Source: Lepidodermella squamata
Taxonomy: Eukaryota > Animalia > Gastrotricha
Length of the DNA stretch: 64,000 nucleotides
Direction of reading: 5' to 3'
Assembly: GCA_047495785.1 (NCBI GenBank)
Contig: JBLDXI010000029.1
Location: forward strand, 1,736,001-1,800,000
Shown here: one piece after another, positions 44,911 through 56,377 of the stretch
Numbering within the stretch: position 1 is the stretch's first letter
Layout: each line of letters starts with the position of its first letter
The notes under the pieces: generated by a model
Database searches by the model: none
What the model was told of the DNA's origin: nothing
Seen by the model: the letters and a program-made list of their open reading frames with translations, nothing else
Program-made: the position numbers and the translations under genes

Positions 44911-45686
44911 ATGCCCGAAGAGAAATGGACGTCCGATGCTGCTGTTCAGTTTCCTGAGGTGAAGGAACTCAGTGATTTGCTACCATTCGGCCGTAAGGGT
45001 TTAGTTCTCATGGATAAGTGTAACGCGCTACACGAGTGCTCGAAAAGTGTCGTACCCGGGGATCGAACCCGGGCTGCCTTTCTGAGAAGGCACGGCTCTA
45101 ACCTTTGAGCCACCATGGCCGACACACACTCCGTGTTCGCTTACGCGGTTGTAAGGGGACCAGGAGGAGAGATGGGAGGTGGACTCGCTCCCTATAATAA
45201 GCAATATCTATCTTTATTCCTCATCTAGACAAAATGGTTTCAGCTTTGCAGCAACGGCAGCAGGTGGCACAAACGAGGCCAGCAACCCAAAATACATCTA
45301 CTCTCATTACGAAGCCGACATCACTTGACTCGCCGTCAGAGACAGATCATTCTGAACATTTTTTTCCGCAATCGCCTGTTATGCCCAAATCACCCAGCCG
45401 CGTATCTAATGCAAGCTCATCGAATATTTCGGTCGTCAAGCAAAGACGAAAAAAGACGAGGCCTTCGCAGAGAAAGGACCTCACCCTTCCGAACGGACAT
45501 CTAGAACAAGCTGAGATAGTTCGACTGAAGTGTTGTCGCTGCCGGGACAATACATATTACCGATGCGTTTTATGTTTGGGAGATAAAAAACCAGCTCTGT
45601 GTAATGGCGAATGCGCGTTTGATTATCACGATTTGGATTTCGATGAAGACAGATTGCAATCTGGCCAGTTGTCACCATCTTTGTAA
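44911..45686 (+). CDS. Spliced gene ending in a piggyBac-type Cys-rich zinc finger
   Basis: The exon ending PFG-C (GTAAG donor near 44993) joins the acceptor at 45228 in frame. C-terminus GHL...KCCRC.....YRCVLC......LCNGECAFDYH. Confidence 0.55.
45017..45192 (-). repeat. Dispersed repeat with tRNA-like segment (copy 2, A- and B-box intact)
   Basis: TGGCTCAAAGG A-box and CCGGG-TTCGATC-CCCGG T-arm, but no proper acceptor stem. Homologous to 1498-1650. Confidence 0.7.
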
Positions 45687-45869
45687 ATCCGCACGAATGG
45701 TGCATACGGCGCTGTGAAATCTAAACCGTGATAATCAAGCGCGCACTGACTGACTGACCGAGTATTTTCTTACGAATTTACATTTTGTTTTTGTGTGTGT
45801 TAGCCTTGTCACACTCTATTATATCTCTATTTGTGACTCATTCATTTTTGTTTGGGCGTTCTAGACATT

Positions 45870-46424
45870 TATTGTTGACCTGTCGTGGAGAAATAACGCC
45901 GTTGCAAACGCCCAGCGCTGTGTCGAGTATGCTGAGTTGGCTTCAAAGAAAATAAACGGTATCAGCGAGCTGACCATTTTGAAAATCGTATTTCCCAAGC
46001 TATTCATATTGCAGATCAAGAGCGAGAGGTGGAGCAACTGAAGGCTCGCGTTAAAAGCCTTGAAAACGAGAAATACGCCGATTAATCATAAAAGATCTGG
46101 AAAAGGTAGAATATCACTGACTTTTTTTGTCCCTAATTTTACAATTTATGTTATGTTTAGTCATGGCTTCTGCAGCAACTGGAGGACAGCGTTGGAGTGG
46201 TTCTCGCGCTGACAGAAGATGTTGAAGTTGAGGAAAATCCATGCGTAAGTCCCTATCGTTCAATACTAAATTATCATTCATCATTTTGACTTCAGAAGCG
46301 TAAGCTGCCTTGGTCGGCCGTTAACACAACTGGCAATTGGCTGTCATCTCTTCGTCAGGGCTTCATTCCTCCGGAAACTGCCGAAGCCAAAAAGCGGCGC
46401 CTGCAAAAACTTGTGAATATGTGA
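45870..46424 (+). pseudogene. Small multi-exon gene remnant with a coiled-coil-like segment
   Basis: Three short GT-AG introns separate GC-richer exons. One reads DQEREVEQLKARVKSLENEKYAD followed by a stop. Confidence 0.35.
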
Positions 46425-47179
46425 ACAGAAAAGATGCGATACTGATTTTCTATTTAAGATCTTGTTTGAGTTTGACGTATGAACGTAGCCGTTAAATATT
46501 TACACTTTCGTGTAATAAATGAGAGATGGAATTATTTTATTGTTATTATTGTTTCATCGAGCAGAAACGTTAACGCGCATGTGCATAAAAATGTCACAGT
46601 TGATCCCTACTCCGAGTAAACAATCAACAACATCAGCAACACTCATTTAGCATTACATTTGTTCCTGTTTTAAGTTATTTCAAGCGAATCACTTTTTGCA
46701 CTGAGAAATTTGACTCAGTCGACAAAATTGCGTGAATTCAGATTATGGCGATTTCGACTCATATCGGTTTTTACCAAGTTCAATAACTCAGTTTTCCCAG
46801 TTATTTAAAACAACCTGGGTAAAATAAGTAACAACTGGGTTTTAACTCAGATGTTACTCAGTTGTGAATACCCATTTTGTGAAAACTGATTTAATAAGTC
46901 GGTTATTACGCAGATATTTTTCCCCGTGATATATGAAGAGTTGACTACCATCAGATTATCCAAACCAAGAAAGTTTTACGCGCACTCCAAAATTTTAGCT
47001 GTACGCGCGCGCGCGTCACGCACTTTGGTGCGCTTCCGGTACTGCTTCCGGAAAATGTGTTTTTTGCTTAAAATTCGACCCTAACCGAGGCCATTGGATG
47101 AGCTGATAGTTTTCTGATATCTACAATTTTAATATTTATCTAACCATGTTTTTATTTTTCCGTTATTCCGAACACATTT

Positions 47180-47231
47180 TTACGCAGATATTTTTCCCCG
47201 TGTATGAAGAGTTGACTACCATCAGATTATC
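47180..47231 (+). repeat. Duplicated CMC right TIR plus host flank
   Basis: Direct copy of 46906-46960. Confidence 0.85.
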
Positions 47232-47289
47232 TCCGCTTAAACTCATCTTACGAGTTATTTTTATCACCGATGAAGATATTCTGCAAAAC

Positions 47290-47758
47290 ATGCGAAATTC
47301 GGTCGCGCAGCGGAAGGTTTCGAAAAACTACAGTAAATTGCACGAAAGTTGCTGAAATGGGTCAAAATTAGCGGGAAATTTCGCAGGTTTCGCACCCCTG
47401 GACATTTGAGTAACGCGACACTTTCCCCCTACAATTAAGCCCCGACGCTCAAAAGTATCATAGAATTGATAACTTGGGTTTGACACCCCGATTTTAGCTC
47501 TTATGTGGGTCCATAGACAGGATATGTATGCATGCCAAATGCCGATTCATGTGTCATATTTCAACCAGCTGACATCCTATCTCGCTGATAGGAATAAAAC
47601 AATTGGAAAAATCACGCTGCTGTAGAACTGCTGTTGTAGGGGATCAGCTGATTGAAATATGACACATAAAACGGCATTCGCCATGCTTACATATCCTGTC
47701 TATCGAACAACATAAGAGCTGAAAGCGGAAGGTCAAGCCCTATTTGAACTCCTGTGGT
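47290..47758 (+). repeat. Duplicated upstream region containing a foldback MITE (47476-47740)
   Basis: Direct, highly similar copy of 55813-56307. About 105-bp inverted arms. Confidence 0.88.
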
Positions 47759-47842
47759 CCTGCTAAAATTTCATGCTTTTACGGCTGATCAGTTCCACTC
47801 AACTTTCACTAACTATCCAATCTGAAATCGTGTGCAGAGAAT

Positions 47843-50800
47843 ATGGCTCATAATCGCTTCACAATAATTTCTTTGTTGAGCTTTTGCGCAGTTATGGCTG
47901 CTGCATTAAAGCAACACCGCATTAGACTAGTATCATTAGTCCCCATATCAGATGCCAAACCATATGGGTTGAAGGTTTTCCCAGCTTCACAACAAATGCT
48001 TGTCGATATGGTGAACAATCGTAGCGACATCCTGCCTGACTATCACGTGGAACTGGACTTCGTCGATGAAGGACAAAATTCGATTCTAACCGCATCTGCA
48101 GCTATTAATGCTCTGAGAAAAGTCGACGAACCGGGTGTAATGGTTTCACCGGTGGTGATAGGAACCTTGTCTACTCTAGGCTGTAAAGCATGGGGGTCGA
48201 CTGCTCACTTCATGAATGCTGTTGCAGTATCGATGAGTTGTTACTCGTCGATTCATACTGGCCGGCGAGATATATATCCAAATTTATACAGAATCAAATC
48301 AGACTCGCAAATCGATCTAATGGCTCGACTGGTTGCGATGAGATCACTCGGTAAATGGTCACGCATCGCGATTTTATCAACCATAAATGGGGCATCCGGA
48401 AATCCAGCTAGCTTCGACAATTCTCTCGCGCTGTTTAAATTGGCCGTAAAAGCCAGTTTGAATGTTGTTAGATTCGAGACATCCGTTGATTTCAGCACTG
48501 AACTTTACGATGCGCTGATCGCGGAGGACGTTCGAATTATCAGCATCGATCTATTCGAATACATCAACGTCGTCCAAACTCTCTGCCGATTTCACATATT
48601 CGGTATCCGAGGGCCGAGATACAGATTCTTGAGTTCTCTCACCTTCTTCAACGACCCCTCAGTATTACCTGCAACGTGGCTTCCCGATGGCTGTACTAAA
48701 GCTAATTACATGGACCAGTTGGAGATAACAATTTTCACTGGCATTGGTTATTCATCACTTGTACCATTCAACGGGAAAGATTCAATGGGGTTAACAGTTG
48801 GAGATTTCGAAGAGAAGCTTGGCAAAATGACGAATTTCTCGAAATGGATAGATTATCCATTCAGACAGTCTAGCTACGATACAGCTCTGATGGGTTTGCT
48901 GATCCTCAACGATACTGAGAGAATTCTGAAGAGCCGCAATATGTCTCTCAGGGATTATTCGCAAGACCCTCACACTGTAATGATGGCCGCTAATGAGAGC
49001 GCGAGTTCTATCAAATACAATGGAATAAGATTTGGTCGCTTCGAATATAGCCAAAGACTCGAGATGGACTACCAACCCCAAGCTGTAGCTACATGGTCTC
49101 ATGGATATGGTGAACAATCGTACCGACATCTTGCCCGACTACCACGTGGAACTGGACTTCGTAGATGAGGGTGTGACTTCGGTGTTAGCTGCACCTGCGG
49201 CTGTTAACGCTTTGAGAAAGGTCGATGAACCGGGTGTTATGGTGTCTCCGGTTGTGATAGGAACGCTGTCAACGCCAGGCTGTAAATCGTGGGGGTCGAC
49301 TGCCCACTACATGAATGCTGTCGTGGTATCGGTGAGCTGCTTCTCGTCGATACACACTGCTCGTCGGAATATCTACTCGAATTTATACCGAATACGATCG
49401 GACTCGCAAATTGACGTGATGGCTCGATTGGTTACGTTGAAATCTCTAGGCAAATGGTCACGCATCGCGATTCTATCAACCATAAACGGGGTGTCTGGTA
49501 ATACAGTTAACTTCGACAATTCTCTCACGCTGTACAACTCAGCTGTTAAAGCTGGTTTGAATGTAGTGCGATTCGAAACAGCGATAGATTTCAGTATTGA
49601 GCTTTACAAAGCTTTGGTCAACGAGGACATTCGAATAATCAGCTTGGACCCAAGCGGTTACGTTAGCACCGTGCGAACTTTCTGCCTTTTTCACAAATTC
49701 GGTATCCGAGGGCCAAAGTACAGATTCTTGAGTTCTCTCAACTTTTTTAACGATCCCTCAGTATTACCTGCAGCGTGGCTCCCCGATGGCTGTACTAAAG
49801 CTAATTACATGGACCAGTTGGAGATAACAATTTTCGCTGGCGCTAGCTATTCATCCCTCTTGCCTTTCAAAGGAAAAGATTCAATGGGGTTAACAGTTGA
49901 AGATTTCGAAGAGAAGCTGGGTAGAATGACAAATTATTCAAAATGGCTGGATTATCCATTCAGACAGTCGAGCTACGATGCAGCTTTGATGGGTTTGTTA
50001 ATTCTCAACGATACCGAGAGAATTCTAAAGAGCCGCAACATGTCTCTCAGGGATTATTCGCAAGACCCTCACGCTGTAATGATGGCCGCTAATGAGAGCG
50101 CAAGTTCTATCAAATACAATGGAATAAGATTTGGACGATTTGAGTATAGCCAAAGACTCGAAATGGACTACCAGCCTCAAGCTGTAGCTACATGGTCTCG
50201 AAAGGCAGGCTTGGAAGTACGATATGAAGTCACCTTCATGAAAAACGCATCGAATTTCGAATCAGTTGATTCGTTTCGAGTTGACCCTGTCAAACCTTTC
50301 CCCATTGGTTCGATGCCAAGAGATAGCCCAACGTACGTAACTCTCGAATACGGAGTTCCGGAAACGGCATTTCTTGCCATTGTTGTAATAGCTTCGCTTG
50401 TCTCCTTGGCGCAACTCGGATATAGTGTTCGTGCCAGGAGAACCGAGAACATGATGAAGGCCAAACCTCTACTTATGCTAGGATTTCTGGCTATGAATTC
50501 GGGAGCTGTCGTCATTTTGGTTCCATCCCGAAGTTTGAATGATGCAGTTTGCAACACGAACGTTCTCGTGATCGCTCTCGGCATATCTTTGGTCTACTCA
50601 GCTGTCATCTTTCATCTCAAAGAAAGCTTCCAGAATTTGAGTAGAATTGTTGTATCCAGAAGGAAATCTAGGCCAACTGAGGAAGTTCCTAAATTGGTTC
50701 TTAGCGAAAGGCGAATCCTTTACTCTGTGATCACTTTCGCTGTAATTAATTTGGTTGTCGTCATAACTTGGCTAATTGCCGATCCGATATCAGCCGAGAG

Positions 50801-51262
50801 AACTAACCCTGAGAAGTCAAAATGGTATTCGGAAGAAATGGACACATACTTTCGTGGTTACCAAGTGTTCTGCACCTCGGACTTCGCTTTGTATTGGCTA
50901 GCACCTTTGATGATTTTCAATTTTCTCATACTACTCTACGGGTCAGTTTTGATCATCAAACATCGCGCGGATCGCCTGTTGCAACAATATTTGGATGTCA
51001 AACGACTGATGGTTGCTACAATATTTTTGTTCACTATTTTCTGTGCGACTATTTTGATTTGTTTCATCGAGTCTCAAATCACAATGTTGGTTGCAACTAT
51101 ATCGACATCTTTACTACTTCAGTCCGCGGTGGTTTTCTGTACGGTACAGACTGTACCCTTTACATTCGAATTCCAACGTCCCAGGCGGACCAGAGACCGA
51201 AGCTAAGCCTTCGGGTTAGTAGTTGTCAGTTAGAGAGTCGTCCATCATTTATTTACCCATGA
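47843..51262 (+). pseudogene. Chimeric class C GPCR locus with two VFT regions and two frameshifts
   Basis: Gene-A-like copy with a 1099-nt insertion (49101-50199), of which 49104-50199 matches gene B 53130-54225. A 14-nt insertion lies at 51143-51156. Confidence 0.8.
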
Positions 51263-52967
51263 TTTCGCAGCTTGTAATTCTTGATGATAATGTAGAAGTG
51301 GCTATGCGATAGTAAAAACTGTTCGAAAGTGTATTTCAGTCTACAAAAGATTATAGACGGGCACGTTGAGGCGAACGTATCGGGTAGCGAAAAAATATGC
51401 GCATTACCTTGTGTCAGTCGATGTCTCTGTGTAACTAATTCCCAACTGGAAAGTTTTTAGACAGATTTTGATGCTAAAGGAAATAAAATACCAAATAAGA
51501 AGAGTTGTCTGTCATAAGATTTTGTCTGCTTGAACTCATCGTACGAGTTATTTTTATCACCAATGAAGATATTCCTAATTTGCTCAGCTATCGCTAATGA
51601 CTAGTGAAACCCATCGCCGCAGATCTTGCAACCATACCTAACCAATAGACTCCTTTGCAGAATATTTTCGACGCGCAACATCAGCTCATCCCCTTCAAGT
51701 GGAGATAATTCTCAAATGGCGTTACCAGATGGCATGAATGGCGAGAACCGGAACTTCTAGGCATTTTAGAAGTAGAACACCAAAACTAGATACAGCTGCC
51801 TAATTACATTTCCGAGCGGTTAATCGTCTTTGAGAAACATGCAAACTATGAAAAAGGAACAAATAATACATAAATGGGCAAAAATACAACGTGAAACACA
51901 TTAGAAACGAAAGTTCAAGGCGCAGGCACGCAGTTACGGGGCGCTTTTCGAAGAGAGTGTCAGGAGATTGAAATGAGGTAATTTTCAAGTTCCGCAGATA
52001 AAGGATTGGTTCGATCTGGATTCATCCTGGTTTCGATCAAAGTTCAAGTTTTCAAGGAAGTAGGAGCGTGGAGGAAGAACAGGAAAACACACTCCAGGTG
52101 AAAGAGAACCAGGCGTGACGAACATATTTGACGAAAAGGTTAAGGCAAGCATACAGAGACGAATAGAATACTACACACCATTACGTACACCGCGGTGACT
52201 TTACATTGGGCAGGGCTCTGCGCTGACAACTCAAGCAAAGTTGAAGTCCACGCAAGATCGAGCAGTTTGCATAATTTGAGGTGCTCGCTCCCTTGTCGAC
52301 GTTCACGATAAACACGCCGTTCTCTTGGCTACATTCTTCTGGCTATCGCGGCCACAATCTATGATCTATGAAACAGCCTGCCTGCATTTCGCCTGCATTT
52401 CGCAAAACACAAAAGGCTGCAGACATGCAGCTCATTCGTTTACACTCATTTTTACCGAAAGAACGTCTTTGTTTTAGTTCTCTGATATACTTCAGAAATT
52501 TCATTTTTGATCGATGTGATGCTTTTTTACTTTTACTTTTACCTAAACAAGCGGTTCGCAAAGTAGCGCACTGCATGCACTGGCGCATTTCGAAAGGCCG
52601 GAATCGCACGCATAATTAGCATCCTCTGTACGTGGAATGATGTTGACAAATTTTGTCACCAATGAAGAACATGAATCGTAATTTGGCAGGGCTAGATCAC
52701 GTTCTGCGTGGAAAGTACGGTTAATTGTCAATGTAAATCTGCATAAAAAGTACAGTTCATTTCCACCAATCTCACGTGCGCGTCACAAAACCAGCTAATC
52801 AGCCACGCTATTCGTTGTCGATCCATCGTCACTAATCAATTGTCAGGGATAGTCCAAACTGCATAAAAAATGCGTAAAAGGGCCAACAATTAATGTTTTT
52901 ACCGCTGATCAGTTCCACTGCACTTTCATTACTTTCTAATTTGCCAGTACCTTGCCTATAGGTAAGA

Positions 52968-55247
52968 ATGAGTCGTATTAACTACGCTATACTTTGCTTG
53001 TTGACTTTTGGGGTCGGCATGGGGAATTCATTGAAGCAGCACCGCCTCAGAATAGTATCATTAGCTCCTATATCAGAAGTCAAACCCGACGTGCTAAAGG
53101 TATGGCCAGCTTCGCAGCAAATTCTGGTCGATATGGTGAACAATCGTACCGACATCTTGCCCGACTACCACGTGGAACTGGACTTCGTAGATGAGGGTGT
53201 GACTTCGGTGTTAGCTGCACCTGCGGCTGTTAACGCTTTGAGAAAGGTCGATGAACCGGGTGTTATGGTGTCTCCGGTTGTGATAGGAACGCTGTCAACG
53301 CCAGGCTGTAAATCGTGGGGGTCGACTGCCCACTACATGAATGCTGTCGTGGTATCGGTGAGCTGCTTCTCGTCGATACACACTGCTCGTCGGAATATCT
53401 ACTCGAATTTATACCGAATACGATCGGACTCGCAAATTGACGTGATGGCTCGATTGGTTACGTTGAAATCTCTAGGCAAATGGTCACGCATCGCGATTCT
53501 ATCAACCATAAACGGGGTGTCTGGTAATACAGTTAACTTCGACAATTCTCTCACGCTGTACAACTCAGCTGTTAAAGCTGGTTTGAATGTAGTGCGATTC
53601 GAAACAGCGATAGATTTCAGTATTGAGCTTTACAAAGCTTTGGTCAACGAGGACATTCGAATAATCAGCTTGGACCCAAGCGGTTACGTTAGCACCGTGC
53701 GAACTTTCTGCCTTTTTCACAAATTCGGTATCCGAGGGCCAAAGTACAGATTCTTGAGTTCTCTCAACTTTTTTAACGATCCCTCAGTATTACCTGCAGC
53801 GTGGCTCCCCGATGGCTGTACTAAAGCTAATTACATGGACCAGTTGGAGATAACAATTTTCGCTGGCGCTAGCTATTCATCCCTCTTGCCTTTCAAAGGA
53901 AAAGATTCAATGGGGTTAACAGTTGAAGATTTCGAAGAGAAGCTGGGTAGAATGACAAATTATTCAAAATGGCTGGATTATCCATTCAGACAGTCGAGCT
54001 ACGATGCAGCTTTGATGGGTTTGTTAATTCTCAACGATACCGAGAGAATTCTAAAGAGCCGCAACATGTCTCTCAGGGATTATTCGCAAGACCCTCACGC
54101 TGTAATGATGGCCGCTAATGAGAGCGCAAGTTCTATCAAATACAATGGAATAAGATTTGGACGATTTGAGTATAGCCAAAGACTCGAAATGGACTACCAG
54201 CCTCAAGCTGTAGCTACATGGTCTCGAAAGGCAGGCTTGGAAGTACGATATGAAGTCACATTCATGAAAAATGCATCAAACATCGAATCAGTTGACTCCT
54301 TTGGAGTTGACCCAATCAAACCTTTCCCCATCGGCTCGCTGCCAAAAGATAGCCCATCTTACGTAACTCTTCAGTACGGAATATCAGAGCCGGCTTTCGC
54401 TGTGATTGCTATAATTGCTTCGCTGATTTCAGCGGTACAACTCGGTAATAGTATTCGTACAAGGAAAACCGAGACGGTATTGAAGGCCAAGCCCCTGATA
54501 TTCGTAGGCTTCCTTGCTATGAATTCAGGAGCTGTCACTATATTGGTTCCATCACAAGGTCTGAATGATGCTATTTGCAACGCAAATGTTCTCCTCGTCG
54601 CTCTCAGCATATCTTTGGTCTACTCAGCGGTCATCTTTCAGCTAAAAGACAGCTTCCGTATTTTGAGGAGAATTACTGTCACCAAAAAGAAAGCTAAGCA
54701 GAATGAGGAAGCTCCGAAGTTGGTTCTTGACGGAAAACGAATCCTTTATTCTGTGATTTTTTTCGTTATAACCAATGCTATCGTCGTCATAGCATGGCTG
54801 ATCGCCGATCCGGTATCAGCCGAGAGAACCGACCCTGAAAAGTCAAAATGGTATTCGGAAGAAATGGACACATACTTTCGTGGTTACCAAGTGTTTTGCA
54901 CCTCGCGTTTTCCTCTGTATTGGCTAGCACCGTTGATAATATTCAATTTTTTACTGTTGCTGTACGGGTCAGTTTTGATCATCAAAAATCGCTTGCATCA
55001 GCAATATTTCGATGTGAAAAGACTGATGGTTGCCTCAATTTTTCTGTTTACCCTATTCTCGGCGACTGTTTTGATTTGCTTCATCCAGGCGCAAATCACA
55101 ATGCTGGTTGCGACTATATCGGCCTCGCTGTTAATTCAGTCAATGATACTTTATGGCGTTCTCTATCTGCAAATTCCGATGGACCAAACGAGCATGCAGC
55201 ATTTTCAGAATAAGTTTCAAAACCGCGCGTCGCCTATGCATCCTTGA
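52968..55247 (+). CDS. GABA-B-like class C GPCR, single exon (gene B)
   Basis: 759 aa intact ORF with signal peptide, VFT and 7TM. Confidence 0.87.
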   Translation: MSRINYAILCLLTFGVGMGNSLKQHRLRIVSLAPISEVKPDVLKVWPASQQILVDMVNNRTDILPDYHVELDFVDEGVTSVLAAPAAVNALRKVDEPGVMVSPVVIGTLSTPGCKSWGSTAHYMNAVVVSVSCFSSIHTARRNIYSNLYRIRSDSQIDVMARLVTLKSLGKWSRIAILSTINGVSGNTVNFDNSLTLYNSAVKAGLNVVRFETAIDFSIELYKALVNEDIRIISLDPSGYVSTVRTFCLFHKFGIRGPKYRFLSSLNFFNDPSVLPAAWLPDGCTKANYMDQLEITIFAGASYSSLLPFKGKDSMGLTVEDFEEKLGRMTNYSKWLDYPFRQSSYDAALMGLLILNDTERILKSRNMSLRDYSQDPHAVMMAANESASSIKYNGIRFGRFEYSQRLEMDYQPQAVATWSRKAGLEVRYEVTFMKNASNIESVDSFGVDPIKPFPIGSLPKDSPSYVTLQYGISEPAFAVIAIIASLISAVQLGNSIRTRKTETVLKAKPLIFVGFLAMNSGAVTILVPSQGLNDAICNANVLLVALSISLVYSAVIFQLKDSFRILRRITVTKKKAKQNEEAPKLVLDGKRILYSVIFFVITNAIVVIAWLIADPVSAERTDPEKSKWYSEEMDTYFRGYQVFCTSRFPLYWLAPLIIFNFLLLLYGSVLIIKNRLHQQYFDVKRLMVASIFLFTLFSATVLICFIQAQITMLVATISASLLIQSMILYGVLYLQIPMDQTSMQHFQNKFQNRASPMHP

Positions 55248-55812
55248 TTTGGCAGCTCTTTTAGGGAATATTTGAGTGGCGACATAACTTCGGTATTAAT
55301 GCGGAAATAAGAAGCGTCGACCAGATTTCAGCTAGGTAAGCTGCTCGAATCTTCCCTCGATTACAGTTGTTGGTAGCTAATTTCTACGTAGAAATGTCCT
55401 CGCTAATGATAAGCACCGTATACTAAGTTGATACGTTAAGAAATAAATGATGCGTGTCTTTTTATCCCGCCTATCGTACATAACACATTAGATATGAGAT
55501 TCTATGAAGTGCATGTTTATGCTCACGGACATTTCTACAATGTCTTACATCGAACGTAGAACCGGCCGGAACCAATTCATCCCCTTGATCAGCTATATCA
55601 TTTTCTCCAGCAAGTTGTTGTACTAGAGAGAACGAAAACTGGTGTTATTAAGTCAATCCCAAACTTGTGGATTGAAAAATCGAAAAATGCTATCAGCTGC
55701 TGGGGACTTCTGTTGCAGCAATGCAGCAATGAATGACGTTTTCTGTTCCCTGAGTTGTAGAAAGAGTTGTAGAAGGGTCGCATGACATTTGACATTTGCA
55801 GGGCTCCAAAGA

Positions 55813-56307
55813 ATGCGAAATTCGGTCGCGCAGCGGGAAATTTTCGAAAACTTACAGTAAATTGCAGGAAAATTTGCTGAAATGGGCCAAAATTAGCGGG
55901 AAATTTTGAGGAAGTGCGCGGGAAATTTCGCAGGTTTTGCACCCCTGGACATTTGAGTAACGCGACACTTTCCCCCTACAATTTAGCCCCGAAGCTCAAA
56001 AGTATTATAGAATTGATAACTTGGGTTTGACCTTCCGATTTTAGCTCTTATGTGGGTCGATAGACAGGACATGTATGCATGCCGAATGCCGATTCATGTG
56101 TCATATTTCAATCAGCTGACATCCTATCTCGCTGATTGGAATAAAACAATTGGAAATAATCACACTGCTGTAGAACTGCTGGTTGTAGGGGATCAGCTGA
56201 TTGAAATATGACACATAAAACGGCATTCGCCATGCTTACATATCCTGTCTATCGAACAACATAAGAGCTGAAAGCGGAAGGTCAAGCCCTATTTGAACTC
56301 ATGTGGT
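55813..56307 (+). repeat. Upstream region of gene C with foldback MITE (56023-56289)
   Basis: Second copy of 47290-47758. Confidence 0.88.
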
Positions 56308-56377
56308 TAGATCTTCATTATTTGATTTCAAGCCATTTTTAACCGCAGATCGAATATTTGTTTTTTAATTACCAAAA

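Larger units (their letters stand above)
29243..46928 (-). mobile_element. Large CMC (EnSpm/CACTA-like) DNA transposon with nested insertions
   Basis: About 30-bp TIRs, CACGGGAAAAATATCTCGGTAAAAACCGAC and GTCGGTTATTACGCAGATATTTTTCCCCGTG, flanked by AT/ATAT. Subterminal aactcag/aaccga repeats. The paralogous empty site is visible near 51480-51570. Internal CMC-type transposase remnants. Confidence 0.8.

Noticed and set aside
45050-45122. Possible tRNA gene on the minus strand
   Set aside because: T-arm and boxes are present, but there is no 7-bp acceptor stem and the anticodon loop is not 7 nt; it is part of a dispersed repeat.
49091-49110. Programmed frameshift joining the two receptor ORFs
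   Set aside because: No slippery sequence is evident; the shift coincides exactly with a recombination junction.
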